Of a DNA stretch of 64,000 nucleotides, positions 1 through 15,191 are shown piece after piece. The translations under genes and the position numbers were made by a program. The stretch covers positions 2,666,001 to 2,730,000 of the forward strand of contig OX597835.1 of assembly GCA_951406725.2 (NCBI GenBank), read 5' to 3'. Below the pieces are notes generated by a model. That model did not search any database. It was not told the DNA's origin and saw only the letters and a list, made by a program, of their open reading frames with translations. How positions within the stretch are numbered: the first letter of the stretch is position 1; the number at the start of each line of letters is the position of its first letter. This stretch comes from Octopus vulgaris. Lineage: Eukaryota.

Positions 1-964
1 GTCAAGGCCGACAGGAAGTGGTGCTTCCTAAGGCTAAATAGCAGTACTATTATTCCCTTTCATGGGACTGTCACATTGAGTTGAGTATATACCACCACTT
101 TAGAATGTTACTACTGTATGAATCTCCGAGAGATTTAGAAACGTATTATTGATATATATATATATATATATACACTAACGTAAATATGTACATTTATAAG
201 TGTACGCACCACAGATACACTTGCAAGTATGTATGTATGTATGTATGTATGTATGTATGTATGTATGTATGTATGTATGTATGTATGTATGTAGTGCGCA
301 GTTCATAAGGGTGTACTCAATGTCGTACAAGTAGTGATAAGCGTCAACAGAAATACTTGGGTTCTTGTTAAAGAGCTTGTTTCATTCTTGATATTTCCTC
401 CAAACCAGCGCCCTGAACTTATATATCACGTATCGACGAACAAAGGGCGAGAGGCAATATTGACCTAAGCAGGATTTGAAATCAGAACACAGTGAGTCGG
501 AACGAATACCACCAATGCATTTGGTCAAACGCTTTAAAGATTCTGCCACTTCGACCTCACCCATTCGCGCGCGTCCATATGTGTGCATATGAATGAGTGT
601 GCATACGTACAATGACATACATTTATACATGTGTAAATCTAGATTAGATTTCTTTTTTCTGTTCTCTCACATCTTTTGTGAGGAACTGGAGACTAAATTA
701 AAACGTTCCCAACCGTCTTCTCTTCTCTATGGAGCGGTTCAAGTATGCTTGCTTCCGATTGTATTCTTTTCACAGAATCTAATAATGTATTCAGTTTGGA
801 AGCCATGAAAAATATTAGAGATATTTTTATATTCTTCGGACAACAAATAACTCTCTGTGACAGCATTACGATTTCAAAGAATTTAATCAGAATCTCAAGT
901 TGGTAAATGTCATTAAAATGTCGGTAAAAACACCGAAATACATACATACACACACATACATACA

Positions 965-995
<31 letters not shown>

Positions 996-1236
996 GCGCA
1001 TTTATACACACACACATTTACACAAACAAACACATACACACATATAAACACACATACATTCATACATATGTGTGAGTTTCCGTAAGTGTTTTATTTTACG
1101 CATTATATTCAATGTTGCTATTGTTGCTTCGAAAGATGATAATGATGATGATTTTGATGATGAAGACGATGATGATGATTATGATAATAATAAGAACAAT
1201 AACAACAACAACAATAATAATAATAATACTAATTCT

Positions 1237-1578
1237 GAGACCCCATTCGGTCACGACACATACCATGGGATTGCACCTAGAAAGTTACCCTCCCAGGCAC
1301 AAGTCCGGGCAAGGTTGTTTTATGGAAGACCAGCAGTCGCCCATGCATACCGGCTTCCCCTCTCCACGCCACCAGTGTTATCCAAGGGAAAGGCAAAGGG
1401 GCCGATACAGCTTGGCATTTGTGACGTCGCAACTCATTTCTACAGCTGAGTGAACTGGAGCAACGCGAAATAAAGTGTCTTGCTCAAGAACACAACACTC
1501 AGCCCGGTCCGGGATTCGAGCTCACAACCCCATGGTCGTAAGCTCGACGCTCTAACCACTGAGCTGTGCGCCTTCACA
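1237..1578 (-). mobile_element. tRNA-derived SINE (family C, CORE-like body)
   Basis: Minus strand starts GAAGGCGCACAGCTCAGTGGTTAGAGCG (A box) ...GAGCTCGAATCCC (B box), then TTCTTGAGCAAGACACTT. A paralogue lies at 29717-30083. Microsatellites flank both ends. Confidence 0.8.
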
Positions 1579-1579
1579 A

Positions 1580-1650
<71 letters not shown>

Positions 1651-1679
1651 ATAATAATAATAATAATAATAATAATAGT

Positions 1680-1980
1680 AAGTGAGGTATGCCATAGGTA
1701 TGATAAGAAAGGGATGTCAAAATCATCTAGATATGCTCCCAGGAGAACCATGTCTCAGAGAAATGCAAAAGATTGTGCTGACAACTACTACCCACATCCT
1801 TAGAAAAACACTATCCATTTAAGTGTCTGTGTTGTATTACATGAAGATAGTTCACTAATACTTCTGCCACTTCCCCTCCCCAAGCTTTCAGTCATAATGT
1901 AAAGTCTCTTATCCACACTCACCCTAGGACACTGGGTGGGTCTCGGCAAGTGGTAGTAACAGACATGCAATTTAAAAGTA
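1680..1980 (+). mobile_element. 3' end of an RLE-type non-LTR retrotransposon (Dong/R4-like)
   Basis: Hand translation AIGMIRKGCQNHLDMLPGEPCLREMQKIVLTTTTHILRKTLSI* (TAA at 1820-1822) resembles the R4/Dong C-terminus. It lies between (TAC)n(TAA)n and (TAC)n. Confidence 0.65.
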
Positions 1981-2034
<54 letters not shown>

Positions 2035-2884
2035 GCTACTACTACTACCACCACCACCACCACCAGCACCACTACCACCACCACCACTACTGCAACTACA
2101 AATGGTAGTAATAGTTCGTGAACTAAACTGGTTTTTTGACAGTTTTAGTCTGTTATCTGCTCAGCAACCAGTGATTTTTGAGCATGTGTCCTGGTTATGA
2201 CTTTGTGTGAGCCCTTTAAAATAAAACGCGAAAGACGAAAGAAAAGAGAATTCATTTATGATTTAATTCGTGCTAGGACTATTAGAGAGTAGTTAGTCTT
2301 ATTGGCATCATTATCGTTTAAGCAAGGTCAATACTGATGAAGCAGACCTACGATTGAAAGCAATCCAACCGTGGCCTCATGCTTTACTTCTTTCTCAAAA
2401 TTAATTTATTCAGATTATATCATCCAGTATCATCAGCCTTTTATAAATAGATGTCCTAAGTATGATTTTAAACTACATCTACCAGCAGGACCCAGGTTGG
2501 GAAGTTTCACGGCTTTGAGGAGTGTGGAATCACCTCTTAGCCGCTGTTCTCCCTAGGGGTCTTAGCTACGGGTTTGGTGGCGTGTAACCACCCGAGCCAG
2601 AGTTAAGTTGAAATCATGGGATGCAAGTTGGTGGATGTGAATTATTTCGGTAAATGAATTTAGTGAATCGTTTCTACTGTAAAGGCTTCTTTTTGGAATC
2701 TCTACTGATTGTGGTGTCATCACTTATGTATATGATTTGCAATAATAATGACTTCTGAAGCTCTGTCAATGAGCAATGAATAATGTATTCGCTGGTTGGA
2801 ACAAGAAATAAATTATATATGGTAATTCAACAACGCTTTGGAGGCAAACCATTGTGGGAAAAAATACATATTCACACACACACA

Positions 2885-2930
<46 letters not shown>

Positions 2931-3113
2931 CACACACGTACACTCATACACACACACTCATTCCTTTTCAGATAGTTGCACATTCACAGACATTCACACA
3001 CTTACATACATTCCATACACACAAATGCACACACATACACGCTTATGAGCAATAACCTTCACAACAATACACACATTTACTCACCCTCGTATGTTCTCAG
3101 ATACATTTACATT

Positions 3114-3388
3114 TACTCACACACACATTCACACACACTCACACGTGATCACGCACACGTACCTATACTTACACACACACGCACTCACACACACATTCAC
3201 ACACACTCACACGTGATCACGCACACGTACCTATACTTACACACACACGCACTCACACACACATTCACACACACTCACACGTGATCACGCACACGTACCT
3301 ATACTTACACACACACGCACTCACACACACATTCACACACACTCACACGTGATCACGCACACGTACCTATACTTACACACACACGCAC
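3114..3388. repeat. 68-bp minisatellite, about 4 copies, (CA)-derived
   Basis: GTGATCACG recurs at 3145, 3213, 3281 and 3349 (exact period 68). Confidence 0.9.
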
Positions 3389-3556
3389 AACATTCACAAA
3401 ATCGCATCCATGTATATATGTGCACATATGTTTGTATACACACACACACACATATATATATATATACACATAAAGAGAGGGAGAGTTTGGAAACCCAAAT
3501 AGCTACACTAATGCACATACATATTCATATATACATTTACCCATAGACATTCAAAT

Positions 3557-3592
<36 letters not shown>

Positions 3593-3755
3593 GTACACAT
3601 ATATACATACATATTTACGTGTGTTTGTCTGTGTGTGTGCATATACAAATGCATTCAAATATACACTCATGCGTGTGTACACATAATTATACGCACGATA
3701 AATATACGTAAATGCTTCGTTTTTGCGCAGAGCAGCGACCATAATAGCTAATTAT

Positions 3756-3829
<74 letters not shown>

Positions 3830-3977
3830 AGACTAGAAAGTGAGGAAGAAAAAAAGAAAAGGAAAGGAAGAAAAGATAAGAGAAATAAGAGAAGTGAGAC
3901 GTTTATGATATTTCAGTTATTTGAACTGAATGTGTTTCCGGTCAAAACACTAATAATTGCTGTCATTTAAGGAGAAC

Positions 3978-3999
3978 AGCAACAACAACGACGACGATG

Positions 4000-4031
<32 letters not shown>

Positions 4032-4200
4032 CACTACTACTACTACTATGACCACCACCACCGCCACCGCCATCACCACCACCACCACTACTACTACCAC
4101 TACCACTACCACTACCACCACCACCACCACCACCACCATCACCACCACTACCACTACTACTACTACTACTATTACTACTACTACTACTACCACCACCACC

Positions 4201-4247
<47 letters not shown>

Positions 4248-4770
4248 CACTACTACTACTACTACTACAACTAGCGGTAGTGGTAGTATTACTGCTGCTA
4301 CTACAAGAATGGCATCAATTACAACATTACAACAACAACAGCAACAACAACAACAACAACTGGAATGGCATCAGTTGCGGCGACAATTACAAGAGCAGAG
4401 ATGGAAATACCTCAAGAATTACGGAAGCAAACACAATAAAAACAACGGCAGCGATAAACGGCCACCACCACCACCACCACCACCCAACCACCACCACCAC
4501 CACCCAACCACCACCACCACACAACCACCACCACCACCACCCAACCACCACCACCACAACCACCACCCAACCACCAACCACCACCACCACCACCACCACC
4601 CAACCACCACCACCCAACCACCACCACCGCAAACACAAACACAACTACAGCTACTACAAGATGAAGAACAATAACTACAAAGACAATAACCTCAACCACC
4701 ATGACAACAACAACAACAACAACAACAACAGGAGGAGAAACATGAACAACAACAACAGCGGCTACAACAA
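3978..4770. repeat. Compound trinucleotide microsatellite (TAC/CAC/CAA)
   Basis: Read directly. It is the source of the poly-T/H/Y/V ORFs in the track. Confidence 0.95.
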
Positions 4771-5061
4771 TATCCGGACCATAAAGCCGTCATGTTTATG
4801 AACCTTAGCTAAACAATTCCGAATGGATTGAGTGGAATTCCAATGTCACACTCTGCAAATACGACGCAGCAGCGCTGCAACAATTTCCTACTGACCAATG
4901 ATGTAATAAGCATGAAGACATATTTATTGCACGTCTCTGTCGACGTCCAGAGTTCAAATTACATCAGCAATCTTTCGTTATACGACTCGTATTAGTCATA
5001 GGACTGCAGCCACATTGGGTCTCGCTTGACGAGTTTAGGCGTTAAATTCTTGATATTTAAC

Positions 5062-5462
5062 TCTTTACTCTCTCTTGTACTCTTTTACTTGTTTCAGTCA
5101 TTTGACTGCGGGCCATGCTGGAGCACACAGGATATATTCTATCAGTCTCTTTTTGCCGAACCGCTAAGTTACGGGGACATAAATACACCAGCATCGGTTG
5201 TCAAGCGATGTTGTAGGGACAAACACAGACACACAAACACACACACACGTACACACACACACACACATATATATATACATATATATACATATATACGTCG
5301 GGATTCTTTCACTTTCCGTCTACCAAATCCACTCACAAGGCTTTGATCGACCCAAGGCTATAGTATAAGAAACTTGCCCAAGGTGCCACGCAGTGGGACT
5401 GAACCCGGAGCCATGTGGTTGGTAAGGAAGCTACTTACCACACAGCCACTCCTGCGCTTATA
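5062..5462 (-). mobile_element. tRNA-derived SINE family A, near full length, with internal (TA)/(TG) microsatellite
   Basis: Reverse complement of GCAGGAGTGGCTGTGTGGTAAG...GGGTTCAGTCCCACTGCGTGGCACCTTGGGCAAG...GACTGAAACAAGTAAAAGAGTA. Many paralogues occur in the window. Confidence 0.85.
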
Positions 5463-5571
5463 TATATTCTATCGGTCGCTTTGCCGAACCACTAAGTTAC
5501 GGGGATGTAAACCTACCAAAGCCAGTTTGTGAAGACAAACACGAAAACACACCTTCCTAGATATCTACAAA

Positions 5572-5857
5572 CGCCAGGAGTGGCTGTGTGGTAAGTAAGT
5601 TGCTCACCAACAACACGGTTCAAGGTTGAGTCCCACTGCGTGGCTATTTGGGCAAGTGTCTTCTACTACAGCCGCCGGCCGACCAGGTCCTTGTGAGTGG
5701 ATTTGGTAGACGGAAACTGAAAGAAGCCTGTCGTATATATATTATATGTATATAAGTGTGTGTGTGTGTTTATCCTCCAGCCATCGCTTGACAACCGATG
5801 GTGGTGTATTTACGTCCCAGTAACTTAGCGGTTCTGCAAAAGAGATTGATAGAATAA
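5572..5857 (+). mobile_element. SINE family A, 3'-truncated
   Basis: CAGGAGTGGCTGTGTGGTAAGTAAG...GGATTTGGTAGACGGAAACTGAAAGAAGCC. It lies head-to-head with the copy at 5062-5462. Confidence 0.85.
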
Positions 5858-5858
5858 A

Positions 5859-5905
<47 letters not shown>

Positions 5906-5906
5906 A

Positions 5907-6113
5907 GAGCTGCCAGAATCGTTAGCACGTCTGATGGAATGCTTAGCATTTCGTGCGTCCTTACGTTCCTGAGTTCAAATCCTGCCGAGCTCGTTTTTGT
6001 CTTTCATCCTTTGGGAGTCGATAAAATAAGTACCAGTTGAAACACTTGGGTCGATGTAATCGATTCATCCCCCTCCTCCCAAATTATTGCCCTTGTGGCA
6101 GAATTTGAAACCA
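5907..6113 (+). mobile_element. SINE family B
   Basis: GAGCTGCCAGAATCGTTAGCACG...GAGTTCAAATCC...CTTTCATCCTTTGGGAGTCGATAAAATAAGTACCAG, matching the copy at 53594. Confidence 0.8.
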
Positions 6114-6495
6114 TTAGTATTGTTGTTATTGTTATTACGGTTGCTGTTGTTGTTGTTACAGAATCACTGTAATAAGAAATCTTGGCGATATTTGTGCCGA
6201 TTCTTTACAGCCAAGTACCGGGATCGATGTGACTGATGATGCCCTTTCTTAAAAGTGATGGCCTTCTACCAAACTTTGAAACAATTCTTATTTTTATTTT
6301 ATATCTTCGTCGAGTGCTGAGATGCTTGAAACCCTCTGAGAATTTTAGAGATTTTTAATAACTTCTATAGTTAAAAATTACACTTTTTTCCATTATTATA
6401 CAAATAGGTAGAGTTGAAATGTCAGTACATCTGCCTAAATATCCGTGGTAGTTAGAACAACTGTAGATTCAATATCAGTTTATTCTTTGTTCGGA

Positions 6496-6828
6496 GCAGG
6501 TGCAATGGCCCAGTGGTTAGGGCAGCGGACTCGCGGTCGTAGGATCGCGGTTTCGATTCCCAGACCGGGCGTTGTGAGTGTTTATTGAGCGAAAACACCT
6601 AAAGCTCCACAACTTTCTCTCACTCTTACTTCCTGTTTCTGTTGTACCTGTATTTCAAAGAGCCGGCCTTGTCACTCTCTGTGTCACGCTGAATATCCCC
6701 GAGAACTACGTTAAGGGTACACGTGTCTGTGGAGTGCTCAGCCACTTACACGTTAATTTCACGAGCAGGCTGTTCCGTTGATCGGATCAACCGGAACCCT
6801 CGTCGTCGGAACCGACGGAGTGCTTCCA
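6496..6828 (+). mobile_element. tRNA-derived SINE family D with 14-bp target-site duplication
   Basis: A box TGGCCCAGTGG and B-box-like GGTTTCGATTCCC. Perfect TSD ATTCTTTGTTCGGA at 6482-6495 and 6829-6842. Confidence 0.85.
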
Positions 6829-7399
6829 ATTCTTTGTTCGGAATATTAATGTGTTTATAATAATTCTCAGTACTGTTTCTTCTGTTAGAAAAACTGAGAC
6901 ACGTAAGAGGAGGTGAGGTAGAAGTTAGTACGTCTCTTTAAAATAAAACTGTCATATAATCTTCGAAAACAAGAAAACAAATCCAGGTAAAACGAAGTGA
7001 GAAAAAAAAATGATAATTAAGAAACAGATACATTCTGTTGTGCGAGCTGTCATAAATTTGATATCCGGAAATACAAATTTACTCGATAGAAATAAAATTA
7101 ACGTTGATGAACTCACACTTGTAAAACACTGAAACCAACGAATTAAGAAAAAAGAATTCTCATATGTTTTTGCTTTACTCAAGCTGCCAATGACAGATTT
7201 TGAACATGGACTAACGAAATAGAGAATAAAAACTCACTTGGCAAAATCTTGTAAGTAAGAAAATTATGTTTCTCGAAGATCATTTTATTCACAGGTCAGA
7301 ATGAAACTAAGCTTTTTTAAAAAAAGTCTTGTGAGCAACAAGATGCTTTCCATCCTGCTCTTAACTTTCGCGAGATATCATCAGGTCGCTCTTGAGTGC

Positions 7400-7640
7400 T
7401 ATTGGTAATATGTAACCTAGTACAACCTGTTGCATGGCCGGGTCGTAGGCGACTAAACTGGCGGCCACACCGAGCTTGCTTGGTGAGCAGGGCGGAGCAA
7501 CTCATGAGTAGTGACGACGAGCGGCTACTGAGAATCTCAGGTTGTGAAAAACTGCCAAAGCACCTGGTTAACCTTGGCATATGCTCCTACAACTGCAGGT
7601 CTTTGGCAAGGGAGACCAACATGAATCACCTGATTACAAA
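7400..7640 (+). mobile_element. LINE 5' fragment (start of AP-endonuclease domain, RTE-like)
   Basis: Translation LGICSYNCRSLARE resembles the APE N-terminal motif (I-x-T/S-Y-N-C/V-R-S/T-L). Confidence 0.5.
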
Positions 7641-8329
7641 ACGCTTACATATGGCCTCGTATAGGCCATATGTAAGCGTTTTGCAATGTGAGAAATCGTG
7701 GTCCAAGAGATTCTCTGCAGTATATGAGTGTATAAAAGACAGAACAGTCTGTTTTTGAAAATAATCGGAACTGGCGTTCATTGCTAATCGTTATCAATTT
7801 TACCCTTAGTTCATATTTTCTGAGTTTATTTTTACGGTTGATATACAGGTTCAATACTTCTTTCACTATCCTGTTACTTGGCATTGCTGATATTATTCGT
7901 ATCTCATGACTATTTATATTAGTTATTTTACCACATATTCCGTCTATTTAGTGATGACTATCGATTGGTAACTGATTATTCATAAACTGTAAAAAGAAAA
8001 GAAAAATATATTTTGATGTAGATTATTCTCTTCTTGAAGTACCGTCGCCAGCCTATCACGTGAAACAGAATCATATTCTCTAAGCCTTCGGGCGTATGCA
8101 GACATTGGTTTTTGTCGTTTTGTTCTGGTTTCTTCGGATCCAAATGACCTTCCCTCCTTTTGATTTTGTTCCTTTACTGCAAACGTTTCGGTTTCAGTCT
8201 CGTGATTTTTGGTCGCATGTTGAACTGAAAAATTCTAATGTGGTTACAAATACCGAAGTATGTATATGTAGATTAAGCGTGCTGTAATAAATGGTAAACG
8301 AAATTAATATACACCTTGATGATAAACAA

Positions 8330-8930
8330 AGTCGATGTGGGCAAAGAAAATAACAGAATGCCTTCCTTATTGGCTTCCTTATTGGCTGCATGGGGAGCAA
8401 ACCACCCGGCTTGGGTGGTCTGCATACGAGCTTTACTTTTTTGAAAGCCATTTGGCAGATATGTACAGAAAATGACAGCAGAACGGGAGAATTACCATTT
8501 CTTTGAGTCGCGGAGTACTGCTAGCAAAGGATCCAAGCAAAGAAATCCCAGAAAGGTTGATGCTTACAACTCTGCCAAACACAGCCATTAAAATTTTGGC
8601 GAAGCTGTTAACTAAGATGCTGACACTTTTTGCCGATGTCCCGTTTGATGAGGAGAAATCATACACCGTTTCAAAGAAATCTATCCACGAATACATCCCT
8701 CTCATGCGATACATGTGATGCGGTCATAGGAGCATACCGTTCAAAACTAAAGTGGGATGCTGAACAGATGGATGACTTACACTACGCAGAATTTGGTTTT
8801 GACCAGGTCTCCAAGTAGAGAAGAACTGGGATATGCTGATGAGAATGGTGGCCAAGCTCACCCAGAAATGCTCTGACAGATGCCATCGCTGAAAAGCTAG
8901 ACAGAGGTGGTTAACAAATCCATCGACGCC
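8330..8930 (+). mobile_element. Decayed L1/Tx1-clade LINE reverse transcriptase fragment
   Basis: RGVLLAKDPSK...TTLPNTAIKILAKLLTKML...KSIHEYIPLMRY matches the 'RPITLLNTDxKILAK...GRSIxDN' region of RT domains 1-2. Confidence 0.7.
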
Positions 8931-8998
8931 GTCATATATTATCGTCTGACCTTTAGAAGTACGTACATTCATATATACATGAATCTCTCTCCCTCCTC

Positions 8999-9107
<109 letters not shown>

Positions 9108-9254
9108 TTGCCTGTCTGCCTATCCGTCTGTTAATATTTCTATCTCTCATTGTCTATAGTCATGTGTATCTATATCTATATATGTGTGAGCATGAATATA
9201 AATATGTATGTCTGTGCATGTACTTTAGAGAGCGAGAAAGTGATAGAGGGAAAG

Positions 9255-9339
<85 letters not shown>

Positions 9340-9804
9340 ATGAGAATAGAAATTTGCAATTACATGGAAGTAAAAATATAAAAACTTCTCTGTCAGAAAA
9401 TACCTTTTCCAAGGAATAAAAACGGAAAAGTAACATTTTTATTTTCCTTACAATTTCTAGAAACTTACCTAAAATTTCAGGAAATCTTGTTTTGAAGAAT
9501 ATGAATTAATAATAAAAAAAAAGGTAATGAACTACGTAGTTTCAACAGTTGTTGTCTGTTCGTCTGTGTGCGTGTGTATGTGTATGTATGTGTGTCTGTG
9601 TGGGTGCATGTACGTGAGATTATATGAGCATGTGAGTGAATGTTATTGTTTACGCATGCGCGAGTGTGTGTATATATTCTCGCTTAGATACGCATGCAAG
9701 CGTGAGTATAAATATATACATACATACACATATGAATATATATGTACATAATACATACATATATATATTATATATCTATATCTATATCTATCTATCTATC
9801 TATA

Positions 9805-9914
<110 letters not shown>

Positions 9915-10384
9915 TACTTACATAATACATATAATCTATATCTGAAAATAGTTTTCGGAAAAAAAGCAATATCACGGACAAATTAAAATGTTGTTTTCTT
10001 AAATAACAAATATTCGAAATCTTACATTTATATAATATTCACTGTCAATAATGATACGAGATAGAATATTCAGGTATTGGCTTATTTATTGCCTTCTTTT
10101 TGAATTCTTCATCCACTTATTTTTGCAGCTGAGTCTCAAAGAGTTTCATGCATGTTGGTAGATCGATGGATTTTGCAAGAAGTCTTTGAGATAAAAATTT
10201 CTACTTTAATTCTGCAGAAAACTGATATAATCTTTTCAATTTTTTTTTTTTAGTTTTTTATCCATTTTAATTTTCCGAAAGTAATGGTAATGCCTTGACG
10301 TATGCAAAAGTATTTTAACATGTATGTGTGTGTTTCGGTATGTATATATGTGTGTATGTATGTGCATATGTATGTAAGGATCTC

Positions 10385-10447
<63 letters not shown>

Positions 10448-10465
10448 GTCTGTCTATATCTCTCT

Positions 10466-10512
<47 letters not shown>

Positions 10513-10736
10513 CATATACATATAAATATATATATATATATTTATACATAAATATATATAAATATATATGTATGTATATATAATTACATATAACTATATA
10601 GACAAAATATACATATATGTATAATACATACAAACATACTCCTATATATATATATAAATATATATAATATATACATATATATACATATATAAATATATAT
10701 ATAAATATATACAATATATATATATAAATATATATA

Positions 10737-10837
<101 letters not shown>

Positions 10838-11521
10838 ACGTATGCATATATGCTTGACTGTGTTCAAATATCGGATGAGGACTTGAAGACTGATTTAAAC
10901 GAAAAAAGAGAACAGAAAGCAAATTCGCTAGGTCCATTATTTCGTGAAATATTTTTCTCCTAACCTAAAATACCATATAACGTTACGTTTCATCTATAAT
11001 GCTTACACGTTCGCTTGTATTAAATGTTGCATGTAGAAATATATCCAAAAGCACGCAGGTTGAATAAAAAAACAAAAACAAAAACAAAAACAAAAATAAG
11101 TAGATTTTTTGCGGAAGAAACACATTCCACACTATGTGTAAATGTATTGTATATGTATCGTGTGTATATGTGTATTGTGAGTGTGTGTTTGTGTGTGGTT
11201 GTGCATGCGTTTCTGTGTGTTGTGAATGTGTGTGTGTGTGTGTGTGTGTGTATGTGAAACTGGTGGCATGTATCCGCTGATGCACACACAGACATTTACG
11301 CATGTTATATCAGGTAAACCTTTAATGCTAACTGATACATTTTAAATGCTGTGTATATCCGCATCCATATTGAAAAAAGTGTCGGCCGAAATGAATAACA
11401 CATTCACCCACGTAGAAATAGGCGCTTTTGCATGGCTTCATATGCATGGTTACCATCACAGCCCTTTTTTAGTTGCATATAGAGTTTATACGCGTGCATG
11501 TGTGTGTATACTTTTATGTAT

Positions 11522-11960
11522 ACTCTTTTACTCTTTTATTCTTTTACTCGTTTCGGTTATTTGACTGCGGCCATGCTGGAGCATTGCCTTTAGTCGAGCA
11601 AATCGATCCCATGACTTATTCTTTGTAAGAGTAAGTCCTGTAAGCCTAGTACTTATTCTATCGGTCGCTTTTGCCGAACGGCTAAGTTACGGGAACGTAA
11701 ACACACCAGCATCGGTTGTCAAGCGATGTTGGGGGGACAAACATAGACACACACACGCACACACACACACACACACAATTATAAATACATATATACGATG
11801 GGATTCTCTCCATTTCCATCTACCAAATTCACTCACAATGCTTTGGTCGGCCTGAGGCTATAGTAGAAGACACTTGCCCTAGGTGCCACGCAGTGGGACT
11901 GAACCCGGAACCATGTGGTTGGTAGGCAAGCTACTTACCACACAGCCATTCCTACGCCTA
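11522..11960 (-). mobile_element. SINE family A, full length
   Basis: Head (rc TAGGCGTAGGAATGGCTGTGTGG), body, internal (CA)n and AGTAAAAG tail are all present. Confidence 0.88.
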
Positions 11961-12033
11961 TATATATATATATGTATATATATATTGCATAAATATATGT
12001 ATATGCACATATATGAGTGTGTGTATGCTCGTG

Positions 12034-12069
<36 letters not shown>

Positions 12070-12651
12070 GAAACACGTTTTATGTTCGTCAGCTTGGGAA
12101 ACACTGCAGCACACTCAAAGTACATTTGAAAATTGAGATTTTATAAGGTAAGATCGACGCAATCTCGTGCACAGTGTTGTATAACGCACAGGCATTTAAG
12201 TACTAACTTTTTTGCAAACCCTGCTTCACTGAGTAGTTCCACATATTCTACCATTTTCTTCCAATTTGAAGTAAAAAAAAAAGGGCAAACTACTTTCGAC
12301 TTGCCATCATATAACTTAAATTTCCCTCTAAATCGTCCTTATGACGCATAACTGGCTACGGGCGCTCGATATCACAGACATCATATGTGACAGTGAAGAT
12401 TTACATCAGTATAGTTAATAGACATGATTTTAGCCTCACTCTATAAACAGAGTTTGCGTATAACGGGAAGGATTCCTCCTCTGCGGAACAAACTGAAGAA
12501 CGGCACGTTGTATTTCGTCCGCTGACTCTCCATTCGCTGAGTATGTCTATAGCTAATTGCGGGAACTGCTTTGAATACATGGCAGGGATATGAATCCTGT
12601 ACGTTCGTAGTTAAGTATAAGGATATTAGGCAGAGGGATATGAACTGAAAT

Positions 12652-12977
12652 ATTGGTTTCAGATTTTGGCACAAGACCAGCAATTTGAGGGAAGGGAATA
12701 AGTCGATTATATCGACACCAGTGCGTAATTGATACTTAATTTATCTTATTTCTTTACTACCCACAAGGGGCTAAACACAGAGGGGACAAACGAGGACAGA
12801 CAAACGGATTAAGTCGATTACATCGATCCCAGTGCGTAACTGGTACTTAATTTATCGACCCCGAAAGAATGAAGGGCGAAGTCGACCTCGGCGGAATTTG
12901 AACTCAGAACATAGTGGCAGACGAAATACCGCTAAGCATTTCGCCCGACGTGCTAACGATTCTGCCAGCTCACCACC
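12652..12977 (-). mobile_element. SINE family B (full copy 12747-12977 plus adjacent 3' fragment)
   Basis: Reverse complement of GGTGGTGAGCTGGCAGAATCGTTAGCACG...GGGTAGTAAAGAAATA. Confidence 0.85.
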
Positions 12978-13018
12978 TTTGTTTCGTCAAGCGACTCCGT
13001 TTCTCCCTTGGCTTTGGC

Positions 13019-13111
<93 letters not shown>

Positions 13112-13172
13112 TATATATAAATATAAATATAAATATATATAGATATTAATATATAAATATATATATATATAG

Positions 13173-13211
<39 letters not shown>

Positions 13212-13254
13212 GATATAAGAGATATATATAATAATATATATATATATATATAGA

Positions 13255-13285
<31 letters not shown>

Positions 13286-14068
13286 GACTTTCACCCTGTA
13301 ATATATTGAATTTATGTCACATGGCTGCAGCTTCTCCCAATACTCAACAGTACTCCATTACTTAACAGTAATTTTGTAGTCGTGGGAATATTTTGCTGTA
13401 ATTATTCCTGCTCCCTGCGCTTTGATTTCGAATCCCACCAAAACCAGTCGGAACATGGAGTGGGACTAGTTCTGCCGGATATGAAATGTCAAAGGCACAT
13501 GGTTAACATGACGTGGCCCTGGTAACTTGATGCTGATTTCAGGGACCAACGATATCAACAGATTTTGTTTCATTGTCCTTAAAGAATAACCAGTCTCTCC
13601 GTGTGGCACCAAATAGAAATTTATAAATTGTGTTGAACTATATTAGAGTTGGTAGTTATCAACGTATCGTTCTATCACCGTTTGAGTGTGTGGGGGCGAA
13701 AGCTGGATACACAATCTACGTACAATAAGGGATTAACAATTTAGATCTCACTTGCTCTATTACGAACCCGTCTTTGTATATGTCGCCCTTCTCTCTCACG
13801 CTCTCTCCCTCTCTCCTTTCTCTCCCCTCTCTCCTTTCTCTCCCCTCTCGTCCTTCCTTCCCTCACTATCTCCCAGTTTCATTCATTCCCACATTGCCTG
13901 CATATTTTTGCAGTCGTTCTCTATCTTTGCAAGGCAGGTGGTATCATAGATGATGTCACAGAAGAACATTTAGCCTCAGAACATACATACAGCCAAACAT
14001 ACGCGAGCACGTGTGATTACATATACATACATGTGTGTCTGTGTGTATGTATATATATATATATATAT

Positions 14069-14111
<43 letters not shown>

Positions 14112-14289
14112 ATACATTTATATAAAGATATATAAATGAAATATGCACACACACATACACACATATACATATATGTGTATTTATCTATATGCACATATAT
14201 ATGTATGTATATTCATGCAAATATATATGTATATACATATATATTTATAAATGTATATCTATATATTATTCATATATAAATATATATTG

Positions 14290-14414
<125 letters not shown>

Positions 14415-14593
14415 TATACATACATACGTGTGTTTGTGTAAAAGAATCTAATTATCTTTTATCACACATTCGAAACCCGAATGTCACCAGACTATTTATC
14501 ATACGAATGATATAGTAGACCATCATGCAAGCTAAGTTGCAGCTTTCCTTTTAAATACGTGAGTGTGGGTGTATCTCTCGCTCTCTCCCTCTG

Positions 14594-14658
<65 letters not shown>

Positions 14659-14669
14659 TTGTGTGTGTG

Positions 14670-15157
14670 TGTTTTATCTTTTACTTGTTTTAGTCATTTG
14701 ACTGTGGCCATGCTGGGGCAACGCCTTGAATTTTTTTAGGTAGAACGATAAACCTTTGTGCGCATGGACAGCAGAGTTCAAGGCCAATCTGTGCCAAGCG
14801 GCTTCACTCTGCGTGCTTTAGTTTTGTTACTACAATAACAGTTCGGAAATTTATTGATCACAGGAACATACATACATACGTACATACACACTCACACACA
14901 CGCACACACACACACGCACACACACACACACACACATACACACTCACACACACTCACACACACGCACACACACACAGACACACACATATATATATACAGC
15001 GGGCCTCTTTCAGTTTCTGTTTACCAAATGCACTCATAGGCTTTAGTCAGCCCATGGCTATAGTAGAAGACACTTGCCCAAGGTACCATGCAGTGGGACT
15101 GAACCCAAACCATCTGGTTGGGAAGCAAGCTTCTTACCACACGGCCACGCCTGCGGC

Positions 15158-15191
<34 letters not shown>

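Noticed and set aside
108-152. Hammerhead-like CTGTATGA-ATCTC/GAGAT-GAAACGTA
   Set aside because: The core has an extra base and stem I does not pair. At best a decayed copy, so not counted.
2334-2372. CTGATGA...GAAAG motif
   Set aside because: No stems form, and it is part of another dispersed repeat (related pieces near 38730, 47200 and 52830).
3114-3388. CRISPR-like periodicity
   Set aside because: The units repeat in full with no unique spacers, the context is eukaryotic, and there are no cas genes.
6496-6572. tRNA gene
   Set aside because: The tRNA-like head has no proper acceptor stem and continues into a SINE body bounded by a TSD.
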